The notes beneath the pieces are model-generated. The model was not told where the DNA came from. It ran no database searches and saw only the letters and a program-made list of their open reading frames with translations. Of a stretch of 64,000 nt of DNA, positions 41,145 through 51,069 are shown piece by piece (the first letter of the stretch is position 1; the number at the start of each line of letters is the position of its first letter). The position numbers and the translations under genes were made by a program. The stretch covers positions 5,417-69,416 of the forward strand of contig JAPLCU010000018.1 of assembly GCA_026392045.1 (NCBI GenBank). The letters are read 5' to 3'. The stretch is from Armatimonadota bacterium. Lineage in GTDB: Bacteria; Armatimonadota; UBA5829.

Positions 41145-41711
41145 GTGTATTCTCACGAAGAGAAGGGCAAACATTTTGAAGTTACTGAGGCCCTTAGCAG
41201 CTACGCGGACAAGAAGCTGCAGAAGCTCGAGAAACACTTTCACGATCTGAAAGAAGCAGTCGTTACGCTTAGCGTGCAGCGTGGGATGCACGTTGTTGAA
41301 GTTCAGCTTGAGGGCGACGGCATTACGCTTCGCGCTGAAGAGCGACGCGTTACCGATATGTATGAGTCTATCGACAAGGTAGTTGAAAAGCTGGAATCGA
41401 GAATTACGAAGTTCAAGGGCAAACTTCACGGTAAGACCATCCATGAAGGCCCTAAGGCAAAAACGCTCATCAAAAACAGCATCAGAACTGAAGCTTTTGG
41501 GGAGGAAGGCGAAGAGGGCGAAATCGATGAAGAGCCTAGCGTGGTGAGAACCAAGCGCTTTGCTATGAAGCCGATGACCCCCGAAGAAGCAGCACAAAAA
41601 ATGGAACTGCTGCATCACACATTCTTCGTGTTCCGAAACTCACAGACCGAGGATGTGAATGTCGTTTACAAGCGAGATGACGGAAATTACGGTCTGATCG
41701 AGCCAGCGTAG
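41145..41711 (+). CDS. hpf: Ribosome hibernation promoting factor, long form (start uncertain)
   Basis: KGKHFEVTEAL, DMYESID, KPMTPEEA, NVVYKRDDGNYGLIEP. Confidence 0.92.
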   Translation: MYSHEEKGKHFEVTEALSSYADKKLQKLEKHFHDLKEAVVTLSVQRGMHVVEVQLEGDGITLRAEERRVTDMYESIDKVVEKLESRITKFKGKLHGKTIHEGPKAKTLIKNSIRTEAFGEEGEEGEIDEEPSVVRTKRFAMKPMTPEEAAQKMELLHHTFFVFRNSQTEDVNVVYKRDDGNYGLIEPA

Positions 41712-41830
41712 CACAAAAATAATATCTGAGATTTGGAAGACCTGAAGGTCAAAAGGCTATGGCTACGCATTTATGCGGCTTCCAAACTTTTTGGCCTTTT
41801 AGTTTAATACTATATAAGGAGCAACACCAA

Positions 41831-42778
41831 ATGATCATCACTACCAATCAACTCTTTGAGCAGGCCTATGGCAAGTATGCTATCGGCGCTTACAACATCA
41901 ACAATGCCGAGCAGACCATGGGCTTGTTCCGCGGCTGTCTGGACTCCAAGGCCCCGTTCATCATTCAGATTTCCAAGGGCGCACGCAACTATACAAACAA
42001 GTTGATGCTTGAGTCTATGATCCGCGCTGCTGACCAGATTTTCCCGGACGCCGTCTTTGCCGTGCATCTTGATCATGGCGACGAAGCCGCCTGCTACGAC
42101 TGCATCAAGTCCGGCTTCTATTCATCGGTTATGATTGATGCCAGCCATGAAGATTTTGAAGGCAACATCGCCACCACCAAGCGCGTTGTGGATGCTGCTC
42201 ATGCCAAGGGCATCAGCGTTGAAGCTGAGCTTGGCCAACTGGGCGGCGTTGAAGAAGATATTCAGGTTTCTGAAGATAAGGCTCACTTGACCGATCCAAT
42301 ACAGGCCGCCGAGTTCATTGAGCGCACCGGATGCGACAGCCTAGCTTGCGCAATCGGTACCAGCCATGGCGCTTTCAAGTTCGCTGGAAGCCAGGGACTG
42401 CACTTTGAAGTTGTTGAAGCTATCCAGAAGCTCAAGCCGGGCTACCCGCTGGTTATGCACGGTTCTTCCTCGGTTCCGCAGGACGAAGTTGAGAGAATCA
42501 ATGCTGCCGGCGGCGCGCTCAAGGGCGCCAAGGGCGTAGATGCCAATCAATATCTGCCTGCCGCCAAGCTTGGCGTGTGCAAGATCAATATTGATACAGA
42601 TGGCCGCTTGGTGTGGACCCGCGTTCATCGCGAGTTCTTCCGCGACAAGCCCGAAGTATTCGACTTCAGACCGATTGGCATAGTCTTCATGGACGAGTAT
42701 GCAAAGTTCATCGCCAGCCGAAACGTGCTCTTGGGCTCCGCCGGTCATCTCGATGAAGTGCGCGCCTCCATTAAGTAA
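41831..42778 (+). CDS. fba: Fructose-bisphosphate aldolase class II
   Basis: VHLDHG, SSVMIDAS, GTSHG, VMHGSS, KINIDTD; AAGGAG RBS. Confidence 0.95.
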   Translation: MIITTNQLFEQAYGKYAIGAYNINNAEQTMGLFRGCLDSKAPFIIQISKGARNYTNKLMLESMIRAADQIFPDAVFAVHLDHGDEAACYDCIKSGFYSSVMIDASHEDFEGNIATTKRVVDAAHAKGISVEAELGQLGGVEEDIQVSEDKAHLTDPIQAAEFIERTGCDSLACAIGTSHGAFKFAGSQGLHFEVVEAIQKLKPGYPLVMHGSSSVPQDEVERINAAGGALKGAKGVDANQYLPAAKLGVCKINIDTDGRLVWTRVHREFFRDKPEVFDFRPIGIVFMDEYAKFIASRNVLLGSAGHLDEVRASIK

Positions 42779-42895
42779 ATCAAAACGACCATTTATCCCT
42801 CCAGGCATAATGTCTGGGGGGATTTGGCGTAACTCATCGCTATGTCATCGGCTGCTGCAAAGCTGATGGCTGATTGCTGAAAGCGCTTTGCCAAT

Positions 42896-43846
42896 ATGAT
42901 AACTACCGTAACACTCAACCCATCGATTGATAAGACTATCTATATCTCCAAACTGATTCCAAATGACACCAATCGGGTCACTAATGTAGAGATGGATGCC
43001 GGCGGCAAGGGGATCAATTGTGCGCGAATGCTTAGAAGGCTTGGCGTTGAGACCACTGTGGTTGCGATGCTTGGCGGCAAATCCGGCGACTTTGTGGCAA
43101 GCGTGCTTAAAAATGAAGGCATCTGCCTTGAGGCAATTACCACTAAAACAAACACCCGCTCGTGTGTCTGCGTGGAAGAATCCACCGGAGCGCCGCCTAC
43201 CACGTTCAATGAGCGCGGCGGTCCAATTGAGCACAAAGAGCTTGTGGACTTGCTTGAACTTGCAAAAAACGTCTCACGCGAGAGCAGCTATGTGGTCTTT
43301 GGCGGCAGTGTGCCGCCTGGGATTAACGATGACATCTACAGAGTTTTGATAGACATTGCCAGCGCTGGCGGAGCAAAATCGATATTGGATGCCGACGGGC
43401 TGGCGTTGGTTGAAGGCCTTAAGGCTAAGCCATACATGATCAAGCCGAATCGCGAAGAAGTGGAGCGGCTGCTGGGAGTTGAGTTCGTGTCCAAGTCAGA
43501 TGTAGCTCGCGCGGCGCTCACCCTGGGGGAACGCGGTATAGAACTGGTTGTTATTTCCCTTGGTAAACAGGGCGCGATGGCCTGCCAAGATGGAATAATA
43601 TATTATGCCCAACCGCCAGAGGTGAAGGTGGTCAGCACGATAGGGTCAGGCGATTCAATGATCGCGGGAGTGCTGTGCGCCCTGGAAAACGGGGCAGGCG
43701 TTGATGAAGCTCTCAAACTTGGCTGCGCTGCCGGCGCTGCAACCGCTATGAGTAATGGCGCGGATATTGGCGCTAAGGCCGATGTTTATGAGCTTTTATC
43801 GCAGATTCGAGTGTCTAAAATAAAGCCTTCTCCAATTACCCATTGA
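42896..43846 (+). CDS. pfkB: 1-phosphofructokinase family hexose kinase
   Basis: TVTLNPSID, GGKGIN, IKPNREE, STIGSGDS. Confidence 0.9.
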   Translation: MITTVTLNPSIDKTIYISKLIPNDTNRVTNVEMDAGGKGINCARMLRRLGVETTVVAMLGGKSGDFVASVLKNEGICLEAITTKTNTRSCVCVEESTGAPPTTFNERGGPIEHKELVDLLELAKNVSRESSYVVFGGSVPPGINDDIYRVLIDIASAGGAKSILDADGLALVEGLKAKPYMIKPNREEVERLLGVEFVSKSDVARAALTLGERGIELVVISLGKQGAMACQDGIIYYAQPPEVKVVSTIGSGDSMIAGVLCALENGAGVDEALKLGCAAGAATAMSNGADIGAKADVYELLSQIRVSKIKPSPITH

Positions 43847-43871
43847 CATTATCTCGAGTTCCGGTTACATT
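43843..43871 (+). promoter_or_regulatory. Sigma70-type promoter
   Basis: TTGACA-17 bp-TACATT upstream of 43909. Confidence 0.55.
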
Positions 43872-43908
43872 GATACATGGTGGGAAGAACTCAAGAGGTA
43901 AATGAGCT

Positions 43909-44229
43909 ATGAAACTCGCTGCGTTCAGGAAGCTTGTAAATGCAGAGTTTGGCGCGAGGCTTGAGCACGCCACCCCTGCGAACGTCCGAGAGTTCCTGGA
44001 TCAAATGGATGGTGATCTTCTGCCGGATGCAATCTCCAGCAGGATCATTTTGGATGAGCCATGTTCTTCTTATGAGGAAGTAATTCGGGATTTCTTCGCG
44101 CAAATTCTGGAAATGCCCTCAGAAGAAGCAATTGTGGCGCTTTGGACGCTGTCGTTCTACCTCGCTTTCTCGGCGATCGAGTCTCAATATGCAGACCGAT
44201 TCGCGCCTCTGTTTCAGGAAATGGATTAG
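43909..44229 (+). CDS. Hypothetical protein
   Basis: 106-aa ORF with GAGG RBS and an upstream promoter. Confidence 0.7.
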   Translation: MKLAAFRKLVNAEFGARLEHATPANVREFLDQMDGDLLPDAISSRIILDEPCSSYEEVIRDFFAQILEMPSEEAIVALWTLSFYLAFSAIESQYADRFAPLFQEMD

Positions 44230-45575
44230 CACAAGTTTCCAGTTGCCTTTCCCCGCCGCTTTATTGCAGTTTTGATGAGTTTGCAGACCATTTCGGCTGT
44301 CAAGGAAGAACCCGGTTCCTTAACCTTGCATGCTGCTGCAATTGCAGCTATGCAAAATAGCTGGCTTATGTAGAAAGTGCAGCGGAGGTCAACGTGGAGG
44401 CCGAGTGATTTCAACCAGCCCGGCAAATGGCCGCCCAGCACAGGCATTGGCGCGATTAATAAAGTAATGACCACTGAATAGATAGCCATTTGCACAGAGC
44501 GCCCGGCTTGGGTTGTCACTTTGTAGATGATCGTGCTGATTGCAACCCCTATTCCGCCATTCGCAAAACCGGTTAGGACATTCACGATGGGTACCCCGAT
44601 ATATGCTGAATGCGGAGTTGAAATCCAGATCCATGCGCTCGCCATTGGCGCTGTGATCAGGGCGCAAAAGATGATAACCGGCCGGCAGCCATGTTTGTTG
44701 ACCATGCGTCCCCAATATGGCGAAGATATCAGTATGATTATCCCTTGAATTGTTCCCAACATGCTAAATGTGGTGTAGGAGAGCCCGACACCACGCAACA
44801 AATAGGGCGCGTAGAATGGCCAGGCGATACTCTGCATATTCCAAAACGCCGCAAACGCCACAAAAGCCATCAGAGAACGGTTTCTGAGCGTTTGGCTAAC
44901 CAGCCCCAGCAGGCTTAGATCGTGCTTTACCGATTTTACATCAGGTTGAGGAATATAAAGAATCGCATTCGCCACGCCAAACACCATTGCAAATGCGAAA
45001 ATCCAACCAAAAGCCGAAATCCCCGCGCCTTTCATGTAGTCTAAAAATCGGCCCTGGATGATTGCTAGAATTGCGGCAATTAACCCGCCATATAGTGCGA
45101 GCCTGCCGAAAAACGAGCCCAGCTTATGTGATGGGATGAGGTCGCCTATCCAGCTTGCGCGCGCGTTATTCGCCAAATGCCCGAATACGCTGATGAGAGT
45201 AAATACAGCTATAAGGCCAGTAACTTTCGTGCTGGCTGACGTGTGTTTGAGGAGAAATGGCAGAGCAATTACAAGCCCCCAACAGAATACTCCGGAAAGC
45301 GAGCCGATAACTGTCATTCTCTTCCGACATGCGCCCTTTTCGACCATCACAGCCGCCAGGAGCTGCACGAATACGGCATACATCGGCAAGGTGGAGAGCA
45401 GGCCTATTTGCTCATCGCTAGCCCCCAGCTTGATCATGTAGGCCATCACTATCCCGCCGCCGATGCCATAGAATGCGCACAGAATCGACTGCGCATAAGA
45501 AAGCTTAATCGCCTTTGCAACGCCTTTTGGGGGGACAGGGTGGTCCCATACTAAAGAATCTTCTTCACCTTGCAC
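44226..45575 (-). CDS. MFS transporter
   Basis: ~12 TM segments, SWIGDLIP, WGRMVNKHGCRPV. Confidence 0.88.
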   Translation of the reverse strand: MQGEEDSLVWDHPVPPKGVAKAIKLSYAQSILCAFYGIGGGIVMAYMIKLGASDEQIGLLSTLPMYAVFVQLLAAVMVEKGACRKRMTVIGSLSGVFCWGLVIALPFLLKHTSASTKVTGLIAVFTLISVFGHLANNARASWIGDLIPSHKLGSFFGRLALYGGLIAAILAIIQGRFLDYMKGAGISAFGWIFAFAMVFGVANAILYIPQPDVKSVKHDLSLLGLVSQTLRNRSLMAFVAFAAFWNMQSIAWPFYAPYLLRGVGLSYTTFSMLGTIQGIIILISSPYWGRMVNKHGCRPVIIFCALITAPMASAWIWISTPHSAYIGVPIVNVLTGFANGGIGVAISTIIYKVTTQAGRSVQMAIYSVVITLLIAPMPVLGGHLPGWLKSLGLHVDLRCTFYISQLFCIAAIAAACKVKEPGSSLTAEMVCKLIKTAIKRRGKATGNLC

Positions 45576-45829
45576 CTAACTGGCTGCTCCTCGCTCTTTT
45601 TACCGCAAATATGTTTTAGCGTTCAGAACTCGCGATTCCTCTGCGAGATACCCAAAAAAGTGGAAAGCGGCTAGTGGAGAGTCCGGAAGCAATTACGAAT
45701 TGCAAAAATAATAATGTGCTGACGGAACAAAGCACTCGCCAAAGTCGTATATTTAATAAAGCACTTTATATAACAAAGCATTATCAGGCAGATTGAACTT
45801 TGGTCCTGCCGGACTTGAGGAGGACGACC

Positions 45830-47206
45830 ATGAAAGTAAAGATGATTCTACCCGCGCTCACGGAGGCAAGGAGCCCCTATTGGAGACCGATCAAGTATTC
45901 TCTATTTCCACCTTTGGGTCTGGCAACCCTTGCGGGCTATCTGAGAGACGATGACGAGATTGAAATTCAGGACGAACACGTGGAGACGCTGGATCTGAGC
46001 GACGAGCCCGATCTTGTCGTGCTGGAGGTGTACATTACATCCGCCTATCGATCTTATGCAATTGCCGATCATTACCGCGCCAGGGGAGCCTATGTGGTTA
46101 TGGGCGGGTTGCACGTAACATCTATGCCCGATGAGGCTGCGGCGCATGCGGACAGCATCTGCACAGGCCCCGGTGAAGACACATGGCCCGTGTTTCTTGC
46201 TGATTTTCGCGCCGGTAACCCCCAAAAGGTCTACAATTCAACCGTGCGAACTCTCCAAGGACAGCCGCTCGCCCGCCGAGACCTTATCAAGCGGCATCTT
46301 TATCTGGTGCCGAATTCGCTGGTGGTATCGCGGGGATGCCCACACAGGTGCGATTTCTGCTACAAAGAGGCGTTTTTCAAGGGAGGGAATTCTTTCTACA
46401 CCCAGACTGTGGACGACGCCCTGGCGCAGATCGAAAGCCTGCCGGGTAAGCATCTATACTTTCTGGATGACAACATATTCTCCGACACCAATTTCGCCCG
46501 AGCGCTCTTCGACGGAATGAAAGGTATGGGACGAGTTTGGCAGGCTGCAGGTACGGTGCAGTCGGCGTTCGATCCGGGGCTTTTGGAAAGCGCGGCCCAG
46601 AGCGGGCTGCGCAGCTTGTTTGTCGGATTCGAAACTCTAAGCACAACCAATCTCAGAGACCAGGGCAAGTACCAGAACCTCGACCGCGACTACAACGCCG
46701 CCATTAAGCGCCTACATTCGCTTGGGATAATGATCAACGGTAGTTTTGTATTTGGGATGGATGATGACGATGAGCATACCCCCGCGCGCACGGTGGATTG
46801 GGCGGTGCGCCAGGGTATGGAAACGGCCACTTTTCATATTTTAACCCCTTATCCTGGCACGGCGCTGCACGAGAGGCTTTCGGGCGAGGGCCGCATAACA
46901 TCCAACAACTGGGACATCTACGACACCCGCCATGTGGTTTACAGCCCAACGCAAGTAAGCCCTGAAAAGCTGGAAAAAGGTTATTGGCAGGCTTATCAGG
47001 ATTTCTACAGATGGAGCTCAATTTTCAAAGGCGCGTTCACAAAGGATACTCTGCCAGATCGCCTCAGACATATTGCTTATGCAGGCGGTTGGAAAAAGGC
47101 CGAGTCCGTTTGGAAATGCGTGGTGCAGGCGCGGAGAGTCTCCAACCTGGTGCCGCTTTTGGAGGCAGTTTTGTCAGGATCAAAGCAAAAAAGCCCCAAA
47201 ACCTGA
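45830..47206 (+). CDS. B12-binding radical SAM protein
   Basis: PPLGLATLA, VVMGGLH, SRGCPHRCDFC, GFE, TPYPGT; GAGGAGG RBS. Confidence 0.92.
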   Translation: MKVKMILPALTEARSPYWRPIKYSLFPPLGLATLAGYLRDDDEIEIQDEHVETLDLSDEPDLVVLEVYITSAYRSYAIADHYRARGAYVVMGGLHVTSMPDEAAAHADSICTGPGEDTWPVFLADFRAGNPQKVYNSTVRTLQGQPLARRDLIKRHLYLVPNSLVVSRGCPHRCDFCYKEAFFKGGNSFYTQTVDDALAQIESLPGKHLYFLDDNIFSDTNFARALFDGMKGMGRVWQAAGTVQSAFDPGLLESAAQSGLRSLFVGFETLSTTNLRDQGKYQNLDRDYNAAIKRLHSLGIMINGSFVFGMDDDDEHTPARTVDWAVRQGMETATFHILTPYPGTALHERLSGEGRITSNNWDIYDTRHVVYSPTQVSPEKLEKGYWQAYQDFYRWSSIFKGAFTKDTLPDRLRHIAYAGGWKKAESVWKCVVQARRVSNLVPLLEAVLSGSKQKSPKT

Positions 47207-47296
47207 CGAAAAGGCCTTAATCACACTCAATAGGAGTAATTCTGCAATCAATTCGCGAAGGAGCATGTGAGGCATGACCTCCACGGAGTAAACTAA

Positions 47297-47827
47297 ATGT
47301 CCAGAAGCAGATCGAAAAACATCATTCTGCCGATTATCATATTAGTAGTCGCCCTGATTTACAGCAGGGGCGGAATTGGGCCGCGAAACGTGCGCCAAAG
47401 CGCATCGCCTAAAGGCTCTATTTCAGGTAAGTGTGTGGCTGTTTCCGATGGAGACACCATTCGGGTGCTATACGCTAACAGCGAAGTTAAGGTGCGTCTG
47501 TTTGGCATAGATTGCCCTGAGAAAAAGCAGGCTTTCGGCTCGGCTGCCAAGAAGTTTACCAGTGAGATGGTCTTCGGCGAAGATGTGAATGTCGATGTTC
47601 GCGATACCGACCGCTACGGCCGCAGTGTGGGATGGGTCACCACTTCGGATGGCCGCGCTTTGAACGAAGAACTCGTGCGCGCGGGGATGGCCTGGTGGTA
47701 TTCGGAGTATGCGCCTTACGAAACGCAGTTGGCGAGCCTCGAAAAGCAGGCCCGCGCAGCCAGACGCGGACTCTGGTCTGACAAAAACCCGACTCCGCCT
47801 TGGGAATTCAGGAGTATGCAGCGGTAG
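47297..47827 (+). CDS. Thermonuclease (SNase) family protein
   Basis: VSDGDTI, VRLFGIDCPE, DRYGR, ARRGLWS. Confidence 0.93.
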   Translation: MSRSRSKNIILPIIILVVALIYSRGGIGPRNVRQSASPKGSISGKCVAVSDGDTIRVLYANSEVKVRLFGIDCPEKKQAFGSAAKKFTSEMVFGEDVNVDVRDTDRYGRSVGWVTTSDGRALNEELVRAGMAWWYSEYAPYETQLASLEKQARAARRGLWSDKNPTPPWEFRSMQR

Positions 47828-47831
47828 GTTA

Positions 47832-47864
47832 GTTTCGGGATTTCCGCTGCGCTCAAATCCCGAA
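47832..47864. repeat. Short TTCGGGATTT...AAATCCCGAA hairpin; inverted copy at ~63827-63860
   Basis: TTTCGGGATTTCCGCTGCGCTCAAATCCCGAAA is found reverse-complemented near 63830. Confidence 0.85.
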
Positions 47865-47926
47865 AAACCGGCAGCATCACCATTCCCTTCCCGCCATCAA
47901 ACCATCGGACTATCGGACTATCAGCC

Positions 47927-48118
47927 CTACCGCACCTTCTGCCAATCCTCAAAATCCTCTGTTTCAATCTCCATGAACGGTTCGCCTTTGGTTTTGTCTT
48001 CGCGCTCTACGTGGGCTATGCCATCGCAAACACCCAAGAATGTGAAAAGCTCGCTCTTGGGCGATTTCACCTTATCCGAGCGCTTGATGCCATAGATGCT
48101 GGGGCCTGTGCTGGCCAT
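47927..48118 (-). CDS. Small hypothetical protein
   Basis: 63-aa ORF filling the intergenic space; no motif recognised. Confidence 0.5.
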   Translation of the reverse strand: MASTGPSIYGIKRSDKVKSPKSELFTFLGVCDGIAHVEREDKTKGEPFMEIETEDFEDWQKVR

Positions 48119-48418
48119 TATGTCTCTGCGGATTACCGCTATGGGTTTATCGTTCAATCTATATACCTCCAGAATAATACCATCATACCATAAATCAGAA
48201 TTGTCCGGTTTATGTGTTAGATACGTGATTATCGTAGTATAGCGGCGGCAATCTGTCAAATACGAATAAAGTAAGAGTTCACAAATAGTGTGTACAACGT
48301 TAGCATCCTGAGCTCCGTCGAAGGGTGCGGATAAGTCTAATCAAATGTAATTTCCCTGCCGCGTGCTTCGACGGAGCTCAGCATGCTCACATTGTACTCA
48401 TCAAGAGTGAGCTCTTAC

Positions 48419-48462
48419 CGAATAAACGTTCGATTGACACAGGCATAATGATGGGGTATGAT
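48419..48462 (+). promoter_or_regulatory. Sigma70 promoter with adjacent LexA-like box
   Basis: TTGACA (48434)-17 bp-TATGAT; CGAATAAACGTTCG at 48419-48432. Confidence 0.6.
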
Positions 48463-48507
48463 AATCGACACAAGCAGCTTGATCGCCACATATAATGGAG
48501 CAAAGAA

Positions 48508-48927
48508 ATGCGAAAGGAAGCGTACCTCAGTAAGAGCGGTTCTACCTATGAACCTGCAACCCGACCCGAATCACATGCAACCACGCGTGAGCGCTTGCGC
48601 CCCGTGCGGCGTCGCCGAAAGCGCTCTGTCTGGCGTAAGACGATTCTTCCGTTGTTCTTGTATTCATGTGTGATTGTGGCTGTTGTGTTTTTAATTGGCA
48701 GGATATCGCGGCCTTTCGTATTCTATGATAGAGAGATACAGGCCACGCAGAAGCTCCAGAATCAGGTTGATGCTTACCGGGCGGAAAACGCCGCTCTTGA
48801 GCGCCGAATCAAGTATCTTCAGACCCCCGAAGGGGCCGCGCAGGCGGCTCGCGAGCTGGGATGGGTCAAGCCCGGCGAAATTACGCTGGTTATCCCCTCA
48901 GAAAAGGACAAAAAACCGAAAAAGTAG
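48508..48927 (+). CDS. Septum formation initiator (FtsB/DivIC family)
   Basis: Basic N-terminus, one TM, coiled coil, ARELGWVKPGE. Confidence 0.85.
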   Translation: MRKEAYLSKSGSTYEPATRPESHATTRERLRPVRRRRKRSVWRKTILPLFLYSCVIVAVVFLIGRISRPFVFYDREIQATQKLQNQVDAYRAENAALERRIKYLQTPEGAAQAARELGWVKPGEITLVIPSEKDKKPKK

Positions 48928-48934
48928 GCGCCAG

Positions 48935-49609
48935 CTATTCGGAAGATACCCGATGCCACCAGGGCTTTCGCACGGACGCGGGTTTGCTTTGAGTGTCTGA
49001 TTCTCCCGCCATTACCGGTTCAAGCTCCTGGATTATCTCTGATTCATGGTTTTCCACCGTGGAATGATATTCGGGCAATAGTTCGGATTCCACGCTGGAC
49101 GGCTCATGCGCTTCTTTGCTGCTCCAGATGGAATCTTTTCGCCCGAATGCTTCCTGGCTCTCGCGTGTCATCTCATCTGTGTTGAGCGAAGGCGGCTCAG
49201 AGCCTTCGAGCCCGAGAACATCCCCGTCCTGGATGCCGCTCTGCTTGAAAAGGTCGTTAATCTTGGAGATTCTATCAGACCATTCCGCCTTTTTCGGCTC
49301 CGGCAGCGCTTTTGCTATCTCGTTGAACTCCACTGAGGTCAGCGCCATGGCTTCATGCGCGCGGTTGAGCATGATATTCGAGCGGTTGAGCATCACATTT
49401 AGCTCTCGCTGCCGCTCCAAGAGCATCATCACAAGCTCGTTGGAATGTTTTTCGCGTTCGTGTGAATCGACATATTGAGTCCCCAGAACTGCGCTCTTTT
49501 GCTTGAGCCCTTCAGCTCTGCGCAAAGCTCTGATTAGTTTTTCTTTTGTCTTTTCTAACTCTCTAATTAAATCTGCTTTGATCAAGGCACAATCCTCCAA
49601 CACGAACAT
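48935..49609 (-). CDS. Hypothetical coiled-coil protein
   Basis: 224-aa ORF with heptad-rich N-half, acidic C-half and KPWW tail. Confidence 0.7.
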   Translation of the reverse strand: MFVLEDCALIKADLIRELEKTKEKLIRALRRAEGLKQKSAVLGTQYVDSHEREKHSNELVMMLLERQRELNVMLNRSNIMLNRAHEAMALTSVEFNEIAKALPEPKKAEWSDRISKINDLFKQSGIQDGDVLGLEGSEPPSLNTDEMTRESQEAFGRKDSIWSSKEAHEPSSVESELLPEYHSTVENHESEIIQELEPVMAGESDTQSKPASVRKPWWHRVSSE

Positions 49610-49868
49610 TATCGGGCAAAATCGCTCTCATAGCAAGCCCTGTTGATTAATACGCATGAGATTTATTATATTGTTCCGCTTATTATGGACAATAAAACCC
49701 CTCCAATGAGAAATTTTAAGTGGATTGGAACGATGAGCTTTTGTGTGGGTAGAGCGTCTGTTCTTCGATATAAAACAGGAGCGCGATTACTTGCGAAGCG
49801 TCTGAATCCATGTCTGCAGGGCTCGGCTGACAATTCCAACCGAGCCCCTGTATAAGAGAGATAAGCAA

Positions 49869-50771
49869 TTACGCCCTGCGCCTTCTTATGCCGATAAGTC
49901 CTGCCAAGCCGCCAAGCAAAACGATGATTGATGACGGCTCAGGGACGGGAGTCATATCATAAACGAAACCCTGATAGCCTTCCTCCTCGTTCCAGGAGTA
50001 GCCGACAATATTGTTACCGTCGATACCTGTAGCGAAGGTGCTATACGCTCCGGGTGCATCCAGCGTCATCCAGGTAGCACCGTCATACACAAAACTGTGG
50101 TACCCACTGTTATAGTAGTAGCCGACAATATTGTTATCGTCGATGCCTGTGGCGTGGGTGCTCGTCGCTCCAGGTGCATCCAGCATCATCCAGGTAGCAC
50201 CGTCATACACAAAACCGTGGCTCACACCACCTCCGGTGACGTAGTTGCCGACAATATTGTTACCGGAAATGTCCAAGGCATATGTGCTCGTCGCTCCTGG
50301 CTTGTCCAGCGTCGTCCAGGTAGCACCGTCATACAAAAAGCCGTGGTACCCGCTGTTGTAATAGGCTCCGACAATATTGTTACCATCGATGTCCTCGGCG
50401 TATGTGCTCGTCGCTCCAGGCTTGTCCAGCGTCGTCCAGGTAGCACCATCATACAAAAAGCCGTGGGTAGCCATAGTCCAGTCACGGTATAGTCCGACAA
50501 TATTGTTACCGTCGATGCCATAGGCGTGGGTAAGGTCCGTCTCTGGCTTGTCCACCGTCTTCCAGGCTAAACCGTTGCATACGAAGCCGTGGTCGCGACC
50601 ACTGACGCTGTAGACTCCGACAATATTGTTACCGGAGATGCCTAAGGGCATGGTCTCCGTCGCACCAAGTCCAGCCACAGTTCTCCACGTCCCCGCATGA
50701 GCAATACCACCCAGGCTCAGCAGCGCGATGGCTGCTGTTACTTGAAATACTTTCTTGATCTTTTCTTCCAT
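49869..50771 (-). CDS. PEP-CTERM surface protein with ~40-aa tandem repeats
   Basis: Signal peptide, six GI(D/S)GNNIVG.Y-type repeats, C-terminal VPEPSS-TM-RRRR. Confidence 0.92.
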   Translation of the reverse strand: MEEKIKKVFQVTAAIALLSLGGIAHAGTWRTVAGLGATETMPLGISGNNIVGVYSVSGRDHGFVCNGLAWKTVDKPETDLTHAYGIDGNNIVGLYRDWTMATHGFLYDGATWTTLDKPGATSTYAEDIDGNNIVGAYYNSGYHGFLYDGATWTTLDKPGATSTYALDISGNNIVGNYVTGGGVSHGFVYDGATWMMLDAPGATSTHATGIDDNNIVGYYYNSGYHSFVYDGATWMTLDAPGAYSTFATGIDGNNIVGYSWNEEEGYQGFVYDMTPVPEPSSIIVLLGGLAGLIGIRRRRA

Positions 50772-51069
50772 TCCGACTCTCTTTGGAGTCATTCAAAGTG
50801 TTGTGATAGACAAAAAGCCCCTGGCAATCCTGATATTGCTGGGACTTGTACGCAGTATAGCACTGATTTTCGGAAAGTCAACCAGTTTGCTCTAAAACAG
50901 TCGCATTTATTATTTGCGTGCTCGCAAGTTTAGTTTTTTAGAACTGTATATGTGCGTATAAGCAATAGGGTTCATCCACAAATTTCCCCATTGAGCCAGT
51001 GGATTAAGTGGGGTATTTGTGATAAAGTAGAGCATGAAAAGAAAGTCCGCTTGATTCGAGGAAATAATA

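Noticed and set aside
45761-45779. CTTTATATAACAAAG imperfect palindrome as an operator of the radical SAM gene
   Set aside because: Single imperfect instance with no regulator gene nearby; cannot be supported
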